A DNA stretch of 20,986 bases from Thermococcus sp. JdFR-02 (lineage in GTDB: Archaea; Methanobacteriota_B; Thermococci; Thermococcales; Thermococcaceae), in the NCBI GenBank assembly GCA_002009975.1, contig MTLP01000011.1:1-20986 (forward strand). Direction: 5' to 3'. Both the position numbers and the translations under genes were made by a program. Shown in pieces: positions 16,501-20,986 of this stretch. The notes beneath the pieces were generated by a model that did no database searches, was not told the origin of the DNA, and saw only the letters and a program-made list of their open reading frames with translations. Within the stretch, counting starts at the first letter, position 1. Every line of letters begins with the position of its first letter.

Positions 16501-17706
16501 TTCGTAAATAGAGCCGAGCTGCTCAATGCCAAGCTCCCTGTAGGATATAACCTCCCTTGTTCTTCCACGCCCTCCTGCGGTCAAGGTGAGGTCCCTGATT
16601 ACCTCGGCCATAACACTGTCGCTCACCCTGCACCTGTTGAGCAGTGGAGTTGAAGACTCTGAGAAGAGCTTTCCATTATAGGCAGGCACGTGAAGCTCGC
16701 TACTCTCAAAGCCTTCGTTAATAAGCTTAAAAGTAGCCTTAAGCGACTCCCACAGGAAGTAGCTGTTAGGATGGAAGCTGTTTCTTGGGTCTGCCACAAG
16801 ATCTCTCAAAAACTCAAGACTGTAGAAATTTCTGTACAGCGGGTTCCCAACGGGAAGCAGCTCAGTGCTCTCAGCATAGAGCAGAAAGAGAATTCTGTAA
16901 AGATAGACAAGAGACTCCTGATAGAGCTTCTCAAGGTCGAAGCCCTCGCTCTCAACAACATCCTTGTTGCTCTCATCCTCCAGGACCCCTCTTATGAACC
17001 TCTCCAAGGCTCTAAAGGCGCTCTCCCTGAGCTCGTCTCCCACTCTGATCGCATGCTTTCTGCTCTCCTCTTCCAGCACCTCGATAAGGCTCTTACCGCT
17101 CTCATCAGGCACAAAAGCCTCCTTTCTGAAAATAGCCCAGAACACCCTGAAAGAGTCCCTGTCCTCAAGCTCAAAGGTGCGCCACAGGTCAACCTCAAGG
17201 TAGGACCTATCCGAACTCAGGGGACTGTTTCTTATGAGCCTGATCACTTTCCCATTCGTAAGTATTCCATAGGGTGCCTTGGCGTAATAAAGTGCTCTCA
17301 CGAGCTCTTTGTGGGGCGATCTTGCGAGTCCTTCAGCTGCATCCAAGCTCTCTCCAAACCTTAAAAATCTGAAGATTACAAGCGGCTTGTTGTTATATTT
17401 CTCAATAGCTGAGATTTTAATTTCACCCTTCTCTGTCTCTATGCTGTTTCTCCACAGTGGCGAGAAGCCCAGCTTTTGAAAGATGTGCTTAAGCCAAATA
17501 TTCCACATCTCACTGAGCGAAGTCTTATCGCCAAGTGTTCCTCCATACCTGTCGAATCTGTACAGCAGCCACCTGTAAGCTTCGTTTACTGTGCTTTCAC
17601 CAAGCTTTCCCTTCAGTGACCTTTCGTTTAAAATATTGCCCAAAAAGTAGTCTGAGAAGAATCCTCCAGCGTTTATTACGTTGGAGTAAACGGCAGGTTT
17701 TCTCAA
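13558..17706 (-). CDS. Eco57I/type IIG-like N6-adenine DNA methyltransferase (DrmMI-like), 1382 aa
   Basis: RRKSTGTYYTP, motif I VLDPAMGSGAFL, IYGVDLNPLAVELAKVSLWL, motif IV GFDAVVGNPPW, and a C-terminal TRD region (YRAIASNTNERT). The TTG start overlaps the upstream TGA stop (TTGA), implying translational coupling. Confidence 0.93.
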   Translation of the reverse strand: MRKPAVYSNVINAGGFFSDYFLGNILNERSLKGKLGESTVNEAYRWLLYRFDRYGGTLGDKTSLSEMWNIWLKHIFQKLGFSPLWRNSIETEKGEIKISAIEKYNNKPLVIFRFLRFGESLDAAEGLARSPHKELVRALYYAKAPYGILTNGKVIRLIRNSPLSSDRSYLEVDLWRTFELEDRDSFRVFWAIFRKEAFVPDESGKSLIEVLEEESRKHAIRVGDELRESAFRALERFIRGVLEDESNKDVVESEGFDLEKLYQESLVYLYRILFLLYAESTELLPVGNPLYRNFYSLEFLRDLVADPRNSFHPNSYFLWESLKATFKLINEGFESSELHVPAYNGKLFSESSTPLLNRCRVSDSVMAEVIRDLTLTAGGRGRTREVISYRELGIEQLGSIYEGLLELEPKIAEEDLVVVKIKGEFQTVPKSRLRGERIIEEIPEGRFYLGYWGGRRKSTGTYYTPRQITEFLMRSALEPLVDGKSSEDILEIKVLDPAMGSGAFLVAAVNFLAEKYKEALLREGLIAEEDIDSEKEAEFKRLVVENCIYGVDLNPLAVELAKVSLWLTTMAKGKPLTFLDHKLKCGNSLIGADHERVKFVPDELFSDRELRRHNKRVREASREVKYFFTAEGKMLENPLSYMRDVIELRQKLNMADEALSIVKFKEELYSQLVKGEIEEGKLYLKLKRAYDLWCSFWFTDKKIPTTDEYIEILRYILEDGKGNESFDAMIEEAERLAQEYKFFHWELEFPEVFAEGGFDAVVGNPPWDIVKPNSDEFFSNYDPYFRDYTKQKKLRVMRELMEANPAIKKSWREYKDKIERQSYYFRNSGYYPHQYQGDINLYKLFLERFFWLIRERGRMSIIVPSGLYTDKGCAELRRMFLENSRISYLIGIENRMKIFPSIDIRFKYTLFSALKEKQEEDYSFRAGFFIGSRPEELRDEELDPWEVLQGSFAPKAEELDRLLPMVAENGLRISRKLIERFSPDTLSIMEFKRQEDIDLAEKIYDDWPLLGESDENYPWNVKFTTEFHMTNDSHLFVTLDKLKEMGTKPLDEKGLRWLVERNGKKEVYLPLYEGKMIWQFDAFYEKPQYWISEEVILNRLADKGVPVFPRSIYRAIASNTNERTLVSCVLPVFSFKSPGCGHSLNSITINAQDLFEHFFFNSIFNSYIVDYVIRQKVTTNLTMFYLYQLPIPRLTSGNWYFDQIVPRAARLICVDEEFAELWEETYQPYWNTLGKTSRVEGWERLSEKWSPEYGVADWVYINNEKRDGAKRAQLRAEIDALVAHLYGLTRVEFAYILDTFPVLRRKETEAFGEFRTKRLCLEEYERLGKIIAEEKKKSPESFDLSKYKKGTEKPLRPLKKFVEQVQFTRDGKIIRTKRLGEF

Positions 17707-20627
17707 CTCAACGCCCCCCTAGGTATAATCATCGCCGCCGAGATAACCTCGGATGCCTTACCATTGCTCCGTCTAACACTTATTTCTCCGCTCTTCTCAA
17801 GGTCCCTGAGCCTCGCCTCAGCATTCTTTTTGAGGCTTTCAATTTCGCTGGTAATCCTTCTATTTCTCAGCTTTGCCTCCCTTACTTCTGACGGATCTGC
17901 TCCTAATAGGGTTGTCTGTATAGACCTTTTCTCCGCCTCTAACTCCTTAATCCTGGCCTCCACGTAATCTTCAATATCTCTCTTCTCTTCTTCCACCCTT
18001 AATGAGAGTGAGGCTGCTAATTCTTCAGCAAGCCTTGTAGCTATGTTCTCAATCGCATCAAAAGAGTGGTTCAGTGCAAGTTCCCATTTCTTCTCAAAGT
18101 TTTCCTTCAGAAATTCTGGTGGTGCATTTATTTTCAGGCTTTCGGCAGCAAGTGCGTTAGCGGCTGTGTATTCGTCCTCAACCTTATCCTCCTCGAGGTT
18201 AACAAAAATCGGTACAAGCCTCTCCTCCACAACCTTACCATAGCCATTCTGAAGCTTCACGAGGTGCACAAAAAGGATACCCAGAGGGAAGCCCTCAACC
18301 ACCTTGTAGGTTACCCTGTAATCATTGACAGGGTGATATAGGAGCCTCCTGTACTCCCGCAGAACCGCGGAGATTAGTGGGTGAGTGAGTGTGAGAAATT
18401 CCACGCTCCCATCCCTGAGAGCGACCTTACGGCTAAAAGTTGCCTTCTCATATAAGCTCTCAACTCCAGAGTACCTTAAGTTCTGAGGAACCTCTATCCT
18501 GTAAATTTCTGGAACAATCTCCTCAATTCTACCACCATGCTTCCTGATCATGTGCTCTGTGAGCCCCTTTAGGTCAGTGAAGTCAGGAAGCTCTGTTCTG
18601 GTGGAATCTATTGTGCCTTTTACTTCTTTCTCCTCCTCTTTTGTGTGTCCAAAAAGTGCTAGAGTCCTTATTTCTTTATTATAAGTGGTTAGAATTTCCC
18701 TGATATATCCGTCAAGCTTCTTTTGAGCTTCTTCTACCTCCTCTTTTGTCTCTTTTCCCATTAACTCGTCAATCAGCTTGTCCTGCTTGAATATCCCTAG
18801 CACATCCGTCACTGAGCCTGTGTCCCTTTTTATATCTATAAGCTTGGTGATTAAGAGCTTAAGAATATCAGACTCGTAGCTGTCCACCAAATGGAGATTG
18901 TAGATCCTCACTCTCCTCTTCTGCCCCCATCTATCAACTCTGCCATTCCTTTGCTCCAGTCTGTTGGGGTTCCATGGGAGTTCGTTGTGTATTATTATTG
19001 AGCAGTTCTTCTGGAAGTTGAGCCCCTCGCTAGCCGCATCTGTGGCGATGAGAATCTTGCAATCAGGGCTGTTAAAGAACCTGTCAGCTTCCTTTCTCTG
19101 CCTTGAACTCATCATTCCATTAAGCAGCGCTATCTTCCCTTCGTAGCCATTCCGCGAGAGAAAGTCGTAAAGATACTTCTGGGTGTCTCTGTATTCTGTG
19201 AAAATAATGACTTTTTCGTTATCTTCGGTTTCTTCTCTCAAAATTTCGAGTATTTTATAAGCTTTAGAATCTCCGACTACTAATGCCTGCTCAACCATTC
19301 GGAGAATCTTCTCTAACCTCTTTTTCTCCCTCTCGATACCTTCAATGGATGTTTCCAGGGTGGTTCTGAGCACATCCGCTTCCACTTTTTCGATCTGTCT
19401 TTCTGTGAGACTCACCCCCTCAATGTAGCTTCTTTTCAGAGCGGTGTCCATCTGATATCTCAAATTTTCCAGGTTGCTAATTCTGTATTCGAGTGAGCGG
19501 CGAAGTGCCTCAAGGCTGCTCATGAGTCTCTTCTTTAAAATAACCATTGCGAAGGCTACCGACTGAGCTTCTTTTGTCTCTAATGCTTTCTTGTAGTATC
19601 TGTCGGCATACCGGGCAAGTTCTTTGTAAATCTTTTTCTCTAAGTCGGATTTGAATTCTACATCAATTATCCTAACCTCTGGCTCCTTAAACGTTCTATC
19701 TCCATTGTCCTCTACGATCTGGCTTTTAAGTCTCCTTACGAAGTATAACTTAGCATCTTTTGATAGCTCACCGTTCGGCCTTACGAGTCTTTCGTCCAGG
19801 AGCCTCAAAATACTGCGGAAGCTTTCAGGTCTTCCAGAGTGAGGCGTGGCGGTTAAGAGGATGAGTGATTCACACCTTTTTGAAATCTTCTCACCGAACC
19901 TTGCTCTATCGGTCTTGTTGTGGACGTAAGATAAATAATGTGCCTCGTCGACTATAACAACGTCCCACTTTACGTTTTCTATCTTCCTGAAAACATCTTC
20001 CCGCTTAATATAGTCAATAGATGTTATAATTCTGTCGTAAGCCTCCCAGGGGTTAATTCCTGTTTGGATTTGTGAGCTAATTTCTTTAATCCTGCTGCTG
20101 TCGAAAATCTCAAAGTCAAGGTTAAACTTATCCTTAAGCTCGTCCTGCCATTGCTCTTGAAGCGAAGCTGGTGTTACAATAAGAACCCTGTTTGCTTTGT
20201 TCCTGGCAATTAGCTCCATTAAAATAAGCCCGGCTTCTACAGTTTTTCCCAAACCAACATCGTCTGCAATCAAAATTCTTGGCTTTAGAAGCTTTTTTAT
20301 TCTGATGAGGGGTATAAGCTGATACCTCTCGATTTTGATTCTGCTATTAAGGATGGATAATAGAAACTTGTTGGAATGAGTGAGTGAGTAATTAATCGCA
20401 TCCACAAAGTATTTCCAGTATTCTGGGTTGGTGGGCACTGTGAACTTAAGTTGTGCAGAATCTAAAACCTTGATGTCCTCTAATGAAGCGATGCATGTTA
20501 CTTTTTTGCCATTTAAAGGTCCTTCTTTTGCCTTTGCGACTAGTTTATAAGAGTTCCCCAGCTCTGAAACTTCCTCTACCTGCCAGGTTATCCCCCTCAT
20601 CAAAATATTCTGCCCAACTTCTAGCAT
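17703..20627 (-). CDS. drmD: SNF2-family helicase, DISARM DrmD-like
   Basis: ILIADDVGLGKTVEAG, VIVDEAH, LLTATPHSG, VIIFTEYRDT, ATDAASEGLNFQ and LPWNPNRLEQRNGRVDRWGQ, with a C-terminal coiled coil and a GGAGG RBS. Coupled to the downstream methyltransferase. Confidence 0.88.
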   Translation of the reverse strand: MLEVGQNILMRGITWQVEEVSELGNSYKLVAKAKEGPLNGKKVTCIASLEDIKVLDSAQLKFTVPTNPEYWKYFVDAINYSLTHSNKFLLSILNSRIKIERYQLIPLIRIKKLLKPRILIADDVGLGKTVEAGLILMELIARNKANRVLIVTPASLQEQWQDELKDKFNLDFEIFDSSRIKEISSQIQTGINPWEAYDRIITSIDYIKREDVFRKIENVKWDVVIVDEAHYLSYVHNKTDRARFGEKISKRCESLILLTATPHSGRPESFRSILRLLDERLVRPNGELSKDAKLYFVRRLKSQIVEDNGDRTFKEPEVRIIDVEFKSDLEKKIYKELARYADRYYKKALETKEAQSVAFAMVILKKRLMSSLEALRRSLEYRISNLENLRYQMDTALKRSYIEGVSLTERQIEKVEADVLRTTLETSIEGIEREKKRLEKILRMVEQALVVGDSKAYKILEILREETEDNEKVIIFTEYRDTQKYLYDFLSRNGYEGKIALLNGMMSSRQRKEADRFFNSPDCKILIATDAASEGLNFQKNCSIIIHNELPWNPNRLEQRNGRVDRWGQKRRVRIYNLHLVDSYESDILKLLITKLIDIKRDTGSVTDVLGIFKQDKLIDELMGKETKEEVEEAQKKLDGYIREILTTYNKEIRTLALFGHTKEEEKEVKGTIDSTRTELPDFTDLKGLTEHMIRKHGGRIEEIVPEIYRIEVPQNLRYSGVESLYEKATFSRKVALRDGSVEFLTLTHPLISAVLREYRRLLYHPVNDYRVTYKVVEGFPLGILFVHLVKLQNGYGKVVEERLVPIFVNLEEDKVEDEYTAANALAAESLKINAPPEFLKENFEKKWELALNHSFDAIENIATRLAEELAASLSLRVEEEKRDIEDYVEARIKELEAEKRSIQTTLLGADPSEVREAKLRNRRITSEIESLKKNAEARLRDLEKSGEISVRRSNGKASEVISAAMIIPRGALS

Positions 20628-20837
20628 GCGCCGCCTCCAAATCAGAAGTTGATTATAAGGATTATAAAAGAATTATAATAAATTTACTATCCAACCCTCA
20701 CAGTTTCTACCACTCTGTTTTGAGGTTGTAGATCCGCCCCCACATCTGATTCTTTTAAAAGCCAATACAGGGGGATGTCACTTTTCCAGCGCTCCTCCGC
20801 AAACAACAGATACAAAAAAAGAGCACCTTCTCTTTTC

Positions 20838-20963
20838 ATGGCAAGCCACTACTGCCTCTCCTGTGGTGCCCCTGTCGCTAAGGGGAGGTTCCTCTGCGAT
20901 ACCTGTGAATCCTCACTTCTGGAGAAGCTCTGCAATGCGCAACGCTACAACATGAAGGGGTGA
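20838..20963 (+). CDS. Zn-ribbon microprotein (CxxC-x10-CxxC), ~41 aa
   Basis: MASHYCLSCGAPVAKGRFLCDTCESSLLEKL... The stop sits in GGGGTGA, a plausible RBS for a next gene starting at TTG 20970. Alternative start at 20775. Confidence 0.55.
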   Translation: MASHYCLSCGAPVAKGRFLCDTCESSLLEKLCNAQRYNMKG

Positions 20964-20986
20964 ACCAATTTGACCAGTCCAGATTT

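Noticed and set aside
15475-17364. Long plus-strand ORFs 15475-16194 and 16690-17364
   Set aside because: They are antisense to the well-supported methyltransferase and are typical codon-bias shadows.
11955-18316. Isolated GGTTACC at ~11955 and ~18310
   Set aside because: They lack the A tail and clustering, and are consistent with chance occurrence.
1-20986. Integrase, transposase, att sites, tRNA or rRNA genes
   Set aside because: None was recognisable, so mobile-element status rests on gene content only and no element boundaries are called.

Overview
This is archaeal DNA, judged from TATA/BRE promoters, GGTG/GGAGG ribosome-binding sites and Cdc6/MCM genes; it is probably euryarchaeal and looks like part of a mobile or accessory replicon. 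The left part (1-4299) is a replication module. An orc1/cdc6 gene is followed by an MCM helicase gene with an unusual HTH-bearing N-terminal extension; this gene runs off the window edge and is missing from the ORF track. A divergent three-HTH protein lies opposite. Between them is a ~750 bp origin-like region with a ~74 bp imperfect inverted repeat around an A-rich segment, six ATTGCGAATAAAT-type boxes, a 21 bp G/C palindrome, and a second repeat family (GGTTACCAAAA) that continues into the HTH gene. The right part (4695-20627) is a defence island with a DISARM-related core: an SNF2 (DrmD-like) helicase, an Eco57I-type N6-adenine methyltransferase, and a 1661 aa YprA-like DExH helicase with DUF1998 and a fused C-terminal Vsr/DUF559-like nuclease. 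Accessory genes are two HEPN-motif proteins, a small membrane protein, a rhomboid-like protein and an EVE-domain protein. I saw no RNA genes, CRISPR array, integrase or transposase. All calls come from manual motif recognition; no searches were run.
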